From IMG/VR virus record IMGVR_UViG_3300042406_002067: DNA of 20,000 bases. One strand, given 5' to 3'. Positions 1-7,852 of the stretch are shown here, in pieces. Under the pieces are notes generated by a model, which was not told where the DNA came from, did not search any database, and saw nothing but the letters and a program-made list of their open reading frames with translations. The DNA is from an uncultured virus (IMG/VR IMGVR_UViG_3300042406_002067). Taxonomy: Duplodnaviria > Heunggongvirae > Uroviricota > Caudoviricetes. Position numbers and translations under genes: made by a program. Positions within the stretch are counted from its first letter, which is position 1. Every line of letters begins with the position of its first letter.

Positions 1-2
1 AT

Positions 3-338
3 TTACCATGGATGAATCAAAAGCGCGTAGAAATTGCAAATAAATACTTGCAAGTATTGCCATTTGGAACAAAACCAATGAAAGCAACGCAAAATTGTAT
101 TTATCACCAATTCCCACTAATGTTTATGGATGCAGAGCAAAAAAATACATTTGTTGCAGCCATGAATAGGGCAAACATACCACACATGGTCCATTATCCA
201 AAAATGGTAATTGAATTAACAGGTGCAATTAAAAATGCAAATAATATCAGCGAACGCATAATTAGTTTACCTTGCCATACTTTTATGACACCATCCGAAA
301 TTAAAAAAGTAGTTACATTCTTAAAAAACTTTAAATAA
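3..338 (+). CDS. DegT/DnrJ/EryC1/StrS-family PLP-dependent sugar aminotransferase, C-terminal part (5'-truncated by the window edge)
   Basis: Frame is open from position 3. Motifs typical of the family C-terminus: NQKRVEIANKY, IYHQFP, IPHMVHYP, ISERIISLPCH. Coupled by TAATG to an FdtA-like gene. Confidence 0.85.
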   Translation, partial: LPWMNQKRVEIANKYLQVLPFGTKPMKATQNCIYHQFPLMFMDAEQKNTFVAAMNRANIPHMVHYPKMVIELTGAIKNANNISERIISLPCHTFMTPSEIKKVVTFLKNFK

Positions 339-748
339 TGAAGGTAAGATATACGCAACGCATTCAATCAGGTAAGAATTCAAATACCATTATTCATGTT
401 TATGAACAACTACCTGCTGAATTTCAAATAAAAAGAATATTTAACGTTTTTAATATTGATTCTCAAAAAAGAGGAAATCATGCAAATAAAAAAACAAATC
501 AATATCTTATTTGTACGCAGGGTTGCGTTGAAGTTACATTAAGGAACAAAGATGGTATTTTTAGAACACATATAACACCTAATGATATTGTATTTATTCC
601 AAAATTAACATGGGTTGAATATAATTCAATTGGAATTGTAAATAGCTGCGTTACCGTTATTTGCGATCAACCATACGATGCAAATGAATATTATACCAAC
701 TACCAAGAGTTTTGTGCCGAAAATAAAATTGAACAACATGAAAGATAA
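338..748 (+). CDS. FdtA/QdtA (WxcM-like) cupin, putative dTDP-sugar 3,4-ketoisomerase
   Basis: FQIKRIF...KRGNHANKKTNQYLICTQGCVEV...IPKLTW...VICDQPYDANEY matches the FdtA/QdtA cupin pattern. Adjacent to a DegT aminotransferase. Confidence 0.8.
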   Translation: MKVRYTQRIQSGKNSNTIIHVYEQLPAEFQIKRIFNVFNIDSQKRGNHANKKTNQYLICTQGCVEVTLRNKDGIFRTHITPNDIVFIPKLTWVEYNSIGIVNSCVTVICDQPYDANEYYTNYQEFCAENKIEQHER

Positions 749-938
749 TTTTCTTATACCAATATTAATGGGGCTTATTGCAAGTTGGATTATATTATGG
801 GTAAAAGCATTAATAAAAACTATTAAATTCATGCGAACTGTTGTAAACAAAGAGCCAAACGTTCCATTTAAAAAACATTTAATAACAGGAATAATTATGT
901 TTATTTTACTTGCATCAGGAGCATTCATTAAAAAATGA
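738..938 (+). CDS. Small membrane protein, 66 aa, two predicted TM helices
   Basis: ATG at 738 overlaps the upstream gene end and the stop overlaps the next start (ATGA at 935-938). Hydrophobic segments FLIPILMGLIASWIILWV and LITGIIMFILLASGAF. Confidence 0.65.
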   Translation: MKDNFLIPILMGLIASWIILWVKALIKTIKFMRTVVNKEPNVPFKKHLITGIIMFILLASGAFIKK

Positions 939-1693
939 AAATAGAAGCATTTATATTGTGTTACAACGAAGAAAAAATGATTCGTTACACATTGGCCCAT
1001 TATCTAAACTTTTGCGATAAAGTTACTATAATCGATAATTATAGCACCGATAATACCATTTCAATTATTGAAAAGGAATTCCCAAAACGTGTAAGCATCA
1101 TTCAATACGATTCAAACAATCAATTAAACGATTCAGCCTATACATACATCAAAAACAATTGCTGGAAACAATCCCAAGCCGATTGGGTAATTGTTTGTGA
1201 TATGGATGAATTGCTGCATTATAACAGACCAGGCGTTTCTATAATTGAGTTTCTAAAAGCATTTAGCGATTGCCCTTTAATTATGCCATACGGCTATAAT
1301 ATGTTTTCAGAAACATTTCCAGAAGAATATTCGAAGCCCATTACATCAATTATTAAAAAAGGCGTATATGCTAAAAATTTCGAAAAGCAAATTCTATTTC
1401 AACCAAAAATGCTGGAAGAAATAAACTACGGACCAGGAGCACACTATTGCAATCCTTTGTTAAAGGATCAATCAAACGGTAATTTTTCCTTCCGTAGCGA
1501 ACATTTAAAACTCCTGCATTACAAATACATTGGAATCGATTACCTTATTCAAAAACACGAACAATATGCCAACAGGTTAAGCGACTACAATAAAGTAAAC
1601 CATTTTGGAGCTGAATACATAAAAGGCAAACAACATGTAATTGATTGCTTTAATGAAATTAAAAACAGTAATAAACTTATTGATGTAATATAA
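935..1693 (+). CDS. Glycosyltransferase family 2 (GT-A fold)
   Basis: ILCYNEEKMI, IIDNYSTDNT, ADWVIVCDMDE (DxD) and LLHYKY motifs. Confidence 0.9.
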   Translation: MKIEAFILCYNEEKMIRYTLAHYLNFCDKVTIIDNYSTDNTISIIEKEFPKRVSIIQYDSNNQLNDSAYTYIKNNCWKQSQADWVIVCDMDELLHYNRPGVSIIEFLKAFSDCPLIMPYGYNMFSETFPEEYSKPITSIIKKGVYAKNFEKQILFQPKMLEEINYGPGAHYCNPLLKDQSNGNFSFRSEHLKLLHYKYIGIDYLIQKHEQYANRLSDYNKVNHFGAEYIKGKQHVIDCFNEIKNSNKLIDVI

Positions 1694-2176
1694 TGGATGT
1701 ACAATTCGAACGCAATATAGTAAACTATAAAGAAGAATGGCTTACACCTCCTTCCTTAATCCATAAACTTGGAAAATTTGATTTAGATCCATGTGCACCA
1801 ATTAATCGACCATGGGATACAGCAACCTCATATTTTACCATTAATGACGATGGATTGCAGCAAAATTGGGGGGGGGGGGCAGCGCGTTTGGTGCAATCCT
1901 CCATACGGTAAAAAAACGCATTTATGGCTTCGCAAATGTGCCGAACATGGCAACGCAATTGCACTCGTTTTTGCTCGAACAGAAACAAAAATGTTTTTTG
2001 ATCATGTATGGAATAGTGCAAATGCTATCTGTTTTATTGAAAAAAGAATCCAATTTTATACCGTTGATGGAATAAAAAAAGGTTCTGCAGGAGCACCTAG
2101 CGTATTAATTGCTTACGGTAAAAACAACATACAACCATTAATAGATAGTAAACTAGGTAAGGTAATTTTATTATAA
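1693..2176 (+). CDS. Phage Dam-type DNA N6-adenine methyltransferase, frameshifted in a G12 tract (about 160 aa if the tract is G11)
   Basis: N-half in frame 1693 has EWLTPP...FDLDPCA...DDGLQQNW. C-half in the +1 frame has RVWCNPPYG...LVFARTETKMF...RIQF...AGAPSVLIAYG. The junction is exactly at G1868-1879. Confidence 0.88.
1868..1879 (+). repeat. Poly-G homopolymer (G12) inside the MTase gene
   Basis: aatt-GGGGGGGGGGGG-cagcgc. The next longest G run noticed in the window is G5 near 8913. Confidence 0.95.
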
Positions 2177-2221
2177 GCAATAGCATGTTAATAACTTAAA
2201 TAAAATAAATTTTAAAAATAT

Positions 2222-2253
2222 CTTGCACAACTAAAAAATTAATTCAATCTTTG
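2222..2253 (+). promoter_or_regulatory. Putative Bacteroidota housekeeping-sigma promoter (-33 CTTG, -7 AATCTTTG)
   Basis: One mismatch in each element to TTTG / TAnnTTTG, 20-nt spacer, 22 nt upstream of ATG 2276. Confidence 0.55.
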
Positions 2254-2275
2254 CCATCCAATTAAGTTTAAGCGT

Positions 2276-2488
2276 ATGAACCTATATATAGACAAATCAA
2301 AAAACGAGCAAGGAGAGCAGGAGTTTTCTATCCATGGTTTATCACCAAGACAATTAGATGCAATTCAGTTTTTGTTAAAACGATCGATGCGCGTTGGTCC
2401 ATATAGAAGAATGGTTAGAACAGGCATAGTGCATGAAAGTATAATCAAAGGTTTAAACACAATCAAAGATTTTAATCCTAATGCTTAG
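2276..2488 (+). CDS. Hypothetical protein, 70 aa
   Basis: ORF directly downstream of a promoter-like element and overlapping the next start. Confidence 0.65.
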   Translation: MNLYIDKSKNEQGEQEFSIHGLSPRQLDAIQFLLKRSMRVGPYRRMVRTGIVHESIIKGLNTIKDFNPNA

Positions 2489-2831
2489 TAAAATTAAAAT
2501 CAAAAAGCTAACCGAAAGCGATATGCAAGCATTGTGTATCGTTTTTCAACCTGCAATTGATTTTGTTCCTACTAATCAAACCGATCCACTAAATTGCGTA
2601 TATGCAATTGTAGCTGGTTTATATAAATCAATCGAATCCAAAATACAATCATTTTACCTCAATCCTGGTAAAAAATACTCATTAAAATTATCTACAGCGG
2701 ATTGTTTCGCAGTACAAACATATTTATCACAACATAAAACATCCAATCCTCACACAATGGCTGTTTTATCCAATTTTAATACAAGTATTAACCAACAACT
2801 AATCTCAATCACTCCCATGAAAAAATACTAA
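2481..2831 (+). CDS. Hypothetical protein, 116 aa
   Basis: Co-oriented ORF overlapping the upstream gene; no recognised motif. Confidence 0.7.
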   Translation: MLSKIKIKKLTESDMQALCIVFQPAIDFVPTNQTDPLNCVYAIVAGLYKSIESKIQSFYLNPGKKYSLKLSTADCFAVQTYLSQHKTSNPHTMAVLSNFNTSINQQLISITPMKKY

Positions 2832-3251
2832 GCCAAAACCAAACCATTCGGCTTAGTTGTTCGCGACAAATAAGCAGTCTTAATTTTCATACCTTCGGCA
2901 AAAACAACCTTTTTGCACCGAGCCAAAAAACTATTGCCTAAATTTTATTTTTTACAAAATTCCATGTTAATCTGTTAGGGGTGTACCTCGAAAATTATTT
3001 TTGTAAAAAATGTTCTAATGTTCTATGTTCTAAAATACACAGTACTTAAATGTACTAAATGTTAGGAGAGCCGCCAAAAGGTCCAATTTATGTAATTAAA
3101 CCATTGAAAATTAAACAATTAAGCCGACAAATTAAAACGCAAATCTTTAAAATATTGCCAAAAAATGCAGAATATTAAACAAAAAGGTACAAATTCATAA
3201 CGAATTGTACAAAAACAAACAAAATTGTAAATAAATTAAACTACTCTAAAA

Positions 3252-3887
3252 ATGGAAAAAAAACGAAAACAATTTCATGGACTTGCCGACAAGGTAAACT
3301 GTACTTTCTGGTGGATAATTTACTTGGATCCACAAAATCCACAAAACAATGCGCAGGAAATTCAAGGCTATTCAAAATTTCAAAACTATGACGAAGCCAA
3401 AGATAAAGAAGATGTATTAATGGCAAAGTGCGAAATGCTCTACAAAAATGGATATTTAAACCGAGCAACACACATCGAAATTTACCAACGCAAAGCACCA
3501 ATTGCATCAAAGCAGGAAGATCCATTAATCATTACACTTTATCATAATGATTACCGGTTATCCGATTATTACCTAAAAAACATTAATTGGCGTATCCGTA
3601 AATTCCTCCAAAACTTTTACGATGCAATTAATGGCGGAAGGCCGGCACTTGGACTTCGCCCATTAAAAGATAAAGAAAAAGCTGCAATAGATGATTTTGA
3701 TATAAACAATTACAATTTCAAAACCTACGGACAACTTTATACACAAGCCGACAAATTAATAAGCCTTGGAAATCCTCCAGGTAGGGTACAAGCATTTATT
3801 GCAGAATACATTCGAAAAAAATTCGATAACAAATCACAGGAACAATTAGTGCAAATGTTTGTTAATAGCAAAAAAAACACAAAATAA
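3252..3887 (+). CDS. Hypothetical protein, 211 aa
   Basis: Long ORF with an A-rich start context; no recognised motif. Confidence 0.8.
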   Translation: MEKKRKQFHGLADKVNCTFWWIIYLDPQNPQNNAQEIQGYSKFQNYDEAKDKEDVLMAKCEMLYKNGYLNRATHIEIYQRKAPIASKQEDPLIITLYHNDYRLSDYYLKNINWRIRKFLQNFYDAINGGRPALGLRPLKDKEKAAIDDFDINNYNFKTYGQLYTQADKLISLGNPPGRVQAFIAEYIRKKFDNKSQEQLVQMFVNSKKNTK

Positions 3888-3888
3888 A

Positions 3889-3920
3889 TTTGCACAATAC
3901 AAACTTATTGTATAATATTG
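3889..3920 (+). promoter_or_regulatory. Putative Bacteroidota promoter (TTTG-N20-TAATATTG) with an internal inverted repeat ACAATA/TATTGT
   Basis: TTTG at 3889-3892, TAATATTG at 3913-3920, inverted repeat at 3894-3899/3906-3911, 29 nt before ATG 3950. Confidence 0.65.
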
Positions 3921-3949
3921 CCAATAAATTAACTAAAATTCAATAAAAA

Positions 3950-4771
3950 ATGAAAATTACACTCGCTCAAAAAGCCGAAAAATTTGCTTACGATAAGCAT
4001 AAAGGCTTGTATGGAACAAAACCATACACACATCACCTAAAAATGGTTATAGATGAATTATTTGAAGTAATTCATTTAATCCCAATGCAACATCAAGATG
4101 CCGTTATTGCTGCAGCATGGTTGCACGATATTATGGAAGATGAAAAAATCAATAATGCTGTTTTGGAGGACGAATTTGGAAAAGAAGTAGCAGAACTTGT
4201 TTGGTTGCTTACAAACCATACCGGTAAACGAGCTTCACCAGAATACTACGAAAAATTAAAATCCGATCCATATGCAACCATCATTAAATTGTGCGACCGC
4301 ATTGCAAATGTAAAATATTCACTTGAAGGTAAAGAAAGAATCCCTTTACGTGAATCTTTTGTGCCAAAGATAGAAGAACAAAAGCAATGCAAAGAAAAAT
4401 TTGCTATGTACAAATCCGAAAACGATGTTTTTGTAGCGCAATTAAATAAAATCAATTGGATTCAAAACTCTAAATTGGATTCCGAATCCGATTATGATGC
4501 TGTTTCTTTGGCAATATCAACACTTTCCTTAAAATTGGTCCACTTGTTTAATCAACCACAATTAACAACCCAAAACGTTCGTAAATTAGATATTACAGTT
4601 AAATTTTTCGATCATGGAAGTTCTTCCGTGGCACCAAATCTTAACGAAAACGATTTTACTACAAATGAAATTATGGACGCATTAAAATTAATTGTTATTT
4701 CTTTTAGTGGCATTATTTCAGAACAAATATCAAAACAAAAAAATAAAGAAAATGAGCACACAGCCAATTAA
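3950..4771 (+). CDS. HD-domain protein of the RelA/SpoT hydrolase (HD_4, small alarmone hydrolase-like) type with a C-terminal extension
   Basis: AEKFAYDKH...PYTHHLKMV, AAWLHDIMED, FGKEVAELVWLLT and IKLCDRIANV motifs; no synthetase domain. Confidence 0.85.
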   Translation: MKITLAQKAEKFAYDKHKGLYGTKPYTHHLKMVIDELFEVIHLIPMQHQDAVIAAAWLHDIMEDEKINNAVLEDEFGKEVAELVWLLTNHTGKRASPEYYEKLKSDPYATIIKLCDRIANVKYSLEGKERIPLRESFVPKIEEQKQCKEKFAMYKSENDVFVAQLNKINWIQNSKLDSESDYDAVSLAISTLSLKLVHLFNQPQLTTQNVRKLDITVKFFDHGSSSVAPNLNENDFTTNEIMDALKLIVISFSGIISEQISKQKNKENEHTAN

Positions 4772-5075
4772 ACCCGAAGAAAAACTACCAATATTCAAGC
4801 AATTTGATATTCTAAAGTTTGTATCCGAATTTTTTATAAAAAACAAACCACGTGAGCCACATTTAAAAAAAATGCACCTTCGTGCCGACAAAATTTCATC
4901 CCTAATTAAAGGTTATGGTGGAATGAGCGCACGCGACTTTGCACGTTTTTGTGCAATTGCAGGTTGGAAAATTATCGACCAGGAAGGAAACACCATTATC
5001 GGTAATCCCGAAAACATCCAAAAAGAAGTATCAGATAATACACCACCAAAAGCAGGCTACGATGGTAATATTTAA
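4752..5075 (+). CDS. Hypothetical protein, 107 aa, possibly XRE/HTH-like DNA-binding
   Basis: ATG at 4752 overlaps the upstream gene. KISSLIKGYGGMSARDFARFCAIAGW weakly resembles the second half of an XRE HTH domain. Confidence 0.6.
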   Translation: MSTQPIKPEEKLPIFKQFDILKFVSEFFIKNKPREPHLKKMHLRADKISSLIKGYGGMSARDFARFCAIAGWKIIDQEGNTIIGNPENIQKEVSDNTPPKAGYDGNI

Positions 5076-5901
5076 AATTGATCCACCCAATACCGGTAGG
5101 TTAGGCAATCAATTGTTTCAAATTGCAGCTACATTATCACATGCAGCCAATGTAAACGATGCAGCCCAATTTACCACATGGGAATACAATAAATACTTTA
5201 TCAATCCAATTGATGATAATTTGGATACAACATACGATTGCAAATTTAATGGCATAATGCATAATCCATTGCTTGCCCTGCAATTCGAATACAAACCATT
5301 ACCATTGGAAAAAAATGTAATTTTACATGGATTTTTTCAGTCCGAAAAGTATTTTATTGAAAACAAAGATTTGATTATCAGGCACTTTATGCCAAAAAAC
5401 GAATTTTTGCGTGTGGTCCGCAATGCAGGATCGGAATTTTTGAATTTACAAAATACCGTAGCAATTCATGTTCGCAGAGGCGATTATTTACAAAAGCCCG
5501 ATTGCCATCCACCGCTATCCGAAACCGATTATTACAATAGAGCAATCATAAAGCTATTAAGTTATAAAGATTTTGAATTTCCTGTAAAGTCAATAGTTAA
5601 TTTTATTGTATTTTCAGATGATATTGAGTGGTGCAAACAAAACATAACCGTTCCGGACGATATTTGCAAGCTCCATTTTGTATCTGGAAACTCCGATATT
5701 GTGGATTTGTTTTTAATGGCCCAATGCAAAAGCCACATAATTGCAAACAGTAGTTTTAGTTGGTGGGCTGCATGGTTTGCCAAAAACATGTTTTTTCATA
5801 ACCAATACGGAATCACAATTGCACCAAACCAATGGTTCGGGCCACAACTAAACCATTACAACACACAGGATTTAATTCCTGCAGATTGGATTAAAATTTA
5901 G
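5062..5901 (+). CDS. Glycosyltransferase family 11 (alpha-1,2-fucosyltransferase-like), 279 aa
   Basis: GRLGNQLFQIA, LHGFFQSEKYF, AIHVRRGDY, FSDDIEWC and IIANSSFSWWAAW motifs. Start placed at ATG 5062. Confidence 0.93.
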   Translation: MVIFKIDPPNTGRLGNQLFQIAATLSHAANVNDAAQFTTWEYNKYFINPIDDNLDTTYDCKFNGIMHNPLLALQFEYKPLPLEKNVILHGFFQSEKYFIENKDLIIRHFMPKNEFLRVVRNAGSEFLNLQNTVAIHVRRGDYLQKPDCHPPLSETDYYNRAIIKLLSYKDFEFPVKSIVNFIVFSDDIEWCKQNITVPDDICKLHFVSGNSDIVDLFLMAQCKSHIIANSSFSWWAAWFAKNMFFHNQYGITIAPNQWFGPQLNHYNTQDLIPADWIKI

Positions 5902-5914
5902 AAATAACAAAAAA

Positions 5915-6085
5915 ATGGTAACAGATGAAACAATAATGCCTTGGGGTGCTCATAAAGGCAAAAAAATGGCAAACGTACCGGATCATTATTTAAAATGGTT
6001 GTACGAAAACAATAAATGCTCACCCGATATTAAAGCATATATCGAAGATAACGCACAATTACTAAAAATACAAATCAAAAAATAA
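5915..6085 (+). CDS. Small protein, 56 aa, DUF3820-like (MPxGxHKG...VPxxYLxW); not in the ORF track
   Basis: Translates as MVTDETIMPWGAHKGKKMANVPDHYLKWLYENNKCSPDIKAYIEDNAQLLKIQIKK and fills the gap between two GT genes. Confidence 0.8.
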   Translation: MVTDETIMPWGAHKGKKMANVPDHYLKWLYENNKCSPDIKAYIEDNAQLLKIQIKK

Positions 6086-6086
6086 C

Positions 6087-7289
6087 ATGAACCAAATTTT
6101 CAACCTACAAAAAGCGGATTACGCAATCCGCTACGCACAAGTACTTAATCCCGATCCATCAAAAGTACACGTATTATTCATTGCATGTTATGCAAACGGA
6201 ACAGGCTTGTATTCAAGCATTATTCCTGCCATGGAGTTAAATAAAACAAGCACCCACCAAGCAATTGTAAACCAAATAGAGGAACCCACTCCGCAAAAGC
6301 AATCGAACGGATTCGATGTTCAAATAAACGATTCAATACTTATGTGGGCCGATTACATCATGTTCAACACATCATTCCATGATTTACAAGCCGATATTAA
6401 AAACATTAAAGAAACAAACAAAAAGCCAAACCTAAAGTTTGGAATGCATATAGATGATAATTATCATATTTCAATGCATGGCGAAAATGCCCAAGCTGCC
6501 GAAAAAAGACGATCACAATTACTCATAAACCTAGCAGCAGTTGATATTGTTACCAGCCCAAGCGTGGAGCTTATCGATTATTATGCAAACCTTTTAACCC
6601 AAAATGGTTATGATTTGCCACAATTTCAATTCCTTCCAAACCTTATGAGCAACGATTATTATGTTGCCGATGGCGTAACAATTACCGAACCCAAGCCACC
6701 AAAGCTACAAATAGGAATGCAACTTAACCCAACGCAGTTTTTGGACCTTGCTCCAATGCGCAAAGTAATGTTGGAAATACTTAAAAAGTATTCCGACAAA
6801 GTAGAATTTGTGCTATTTGGTTGGGATGGAGTAAAAGCCAAAGTAAACGCACTCCAAGGCGTAAAATTTAAGCATGTAAAAACAGTAAGCATTCAGCAAT
6901 ATTTCAAAACATTGGCAAATTTGCGCCTGGATTTTGTATTAATGCCGTTGCTCGATAATGAATTTAATCGATGCAAAAGCCATCACAAACTATTGCAATA
7001 TGCACAATTGGGCATTCCTGCCATTGTAAGCAACGTAAAACCATATACCGATATTATTGCAAAGCAAGGCGAAACAATTTACGCACCAGGCAAAATACCT
7101 GCAGTAAAATGCAACAACAATCCAGACGATTGGATTGCAAAAATAGAGTTTATGATCAGCAATGAAGGAGCACGTAAAAAGATGGCGGAAGGAGCAAATT
7201 TAGCGGTCCAACAATTATATACTTGGCATACAAATACCGACTTGTTACTAGATATTTTTCCTAAAGTTTTGGAAAACCCAAAAAAATAA
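6087..7289 (+). CDS. GT-B fold (GT4-like) glycosyltransferase of the phage-associated type, 400 aa
   Basis: GTGLYSSIIP, HIDDNY, DIVTSPSVEL, LDFVLMPLLDNEFNRCKSHHKLLQYAQLGIPAIVSNVKPY and DDWIAKIEFMI motifs. Confidence 0.85.
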   Translation: MNQIFNLQKADYAIRYAQVLNPDPSKVHVLFIACYANGTGLYSSIIPAMELNKTSTHQAIVNQIEEPTPQKQSNGFDVQINDSILMWADYIMFNTSFHDLQADIKNIKETNKKPNLKFGMHIDDNYHISMHGENAQAAEKRRSQLLINLAAVDIVTSPSVELIDYYANLLTQNGYDLPQFQFLPNLMSNDYYVADGVTITEPKPPKLQIGMQLNPTQFLDLAPMRKVMLEILKKYSDKVEFVLFGWDGVKAKVNALQGVKFKHVKTVSIQQYFKTLANLRLDFVLMPLLDNEFNRCKSHHKLLQYAQLGIPAIVSNVKPYTDIIAKQGETIYAPGKIPAVKCNNNPDDWIAKIEFMISNEGARKKMAEGANLAVQQLYTWHTNTDLLLDIFPKVLENPKK

Positions 7290-7299
7290 TAAGATTGAA

Positions 7300-7312
7300 A
7301 ATCAACAAGTTA
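7300..7312 (+). promoter_or_regulatory. IHF-consensus-like site AATCAACAAGTTA upstream of a promoter
   Basis: Exact match to WATCAANNNNTTR in an intergenic region; short motif in AT-rich DNA, so chance is possible. Confidence 0.3.
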
Positions 7313-7343
7313 GCAAAATAATAAGAAAAAAAGCAAAAATAAA

Positions 7344-7375
7344 TTTGCAAAACACAAAAAAGCAAAGTAGTTTAG
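7344..7375 (+). promoter_or_regulatory. Putative Bacteroidota promoter (TTTG-N20-TAGTTTAG)
   Basis: TTTG at 7344-7347, TAGTTTAG at 7368-7375, 24 nt before ATG 7400. Confidence 0.65.
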
Positions 7376-7399
7376 CACCGTAATCAAAAATAAAAAAAA

Positions 7400-7540
7400 A
7401 TGGAAGCATTCGGAAAACAAAAAGTATCAAAAGTATTGCCACTAATTAAATTAGTTGCAGCACAAAACAATTTACAAATAAACAGATTGCAGCAATTCAA
7501 AATTGCAGCAGCATTAGCAAAAAAACAATTCAAAAATTAA
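7400..7540 (+). CDS. Small basic hypothetical protein, 46 aa; not in the ORF track
   Basis: MEAFGKQKVSKVLPLIKLVAAQNNLQINRLQQFKIAAALAKKQFKN. First ORF after the promoter, poly-A start context, ends 4 nt before the next ATG. Confidence 0.65.
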   Translation: MEAFGKQKVSKVLPLIKLVAAQNNLQINRLQQFKIAAALAKKQFKN

Positions 7541-7544
7541 TCTT

Positions 7545-7844
7545 ATGAAAATATACATATCAGGTAAAATTACAGGCCTAACACATCCACAAGCCGAAGG
7601 TTTATTCAAGTTGGCCGAAACACAATTAAAAGGAATGTATCCAGGTTGCGAAACAGTTAATCCAATGAAAATAAATCATGATCATGATAAATCATGGGAA
7701 AACTACATGCGTGCCGATTTAAAAGAAATGCTAAATTGCGATTCAATTTACATGCTCAATAATTGGCAACAATCAAAAGGTGCAATTGTAGAATATACAC
7801 TTGCAAAAGGATTAAACTTCAAAATTATACACCAAGCAAAATAA
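7545..7844 (+). CDS. DUF4406-like protein (nucleoside 2-deoxyribosyltransferase-like fold)
   Basis: MKIYISGKITGL...VNPM...WENYMRADLKEMLNCDSIYMLNNWQQSKGAIVEYTLA is the typical family signature. Confidence 0.88.
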   Translation: MKIYISGKITGLTHPQAEGLFKLAETQLKGMYPGCETVNPMKINHDHDKSWENYMRADLKEMLNCDSIYMLNNWQQSKGAIVEYTLAKGLNFKIIHQAK

Positions 7845-7852
7845 AAAGCACA

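Noticed and set aside
738..938. Holin or GtrA-like flippase call for the two-TM protein
   Set aside because: No adjacent endolysin, too short for GtrA and no diagnostic motif.
1793..2176. 127-aa ORF as an independent gene, with 1693-1911 as a separate 72-aa gene
   Set aside because: Each carries only half of the Dam-type MTase motifs; one gene frameshifted at the G12 tract explains both.
2186..2197. TGTTAATAACTT as a DnaA-box-like site (similar word near 9618)
   Set aside because: Two mismatches to TTATCCACA, isolated copies, and expected by chance in AT-rich DNA.
2832..3251. CRISPR mini-array or tRNA in the long intergenic gap
   Set aside because: No repeats of 20 nt or more at regular spacing, and no cloverleaf or T-loop motif found.
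4939..5061. Longer N-terminus for the GT11 gene (likewise track starts 678, 4692, 7763 and 10893)
   Set aside because: These extensions overlap upstream genes or promoter elements; downstream ATGs at 5062, 738, 4752, 7853 and 10932 fit gene packing better.
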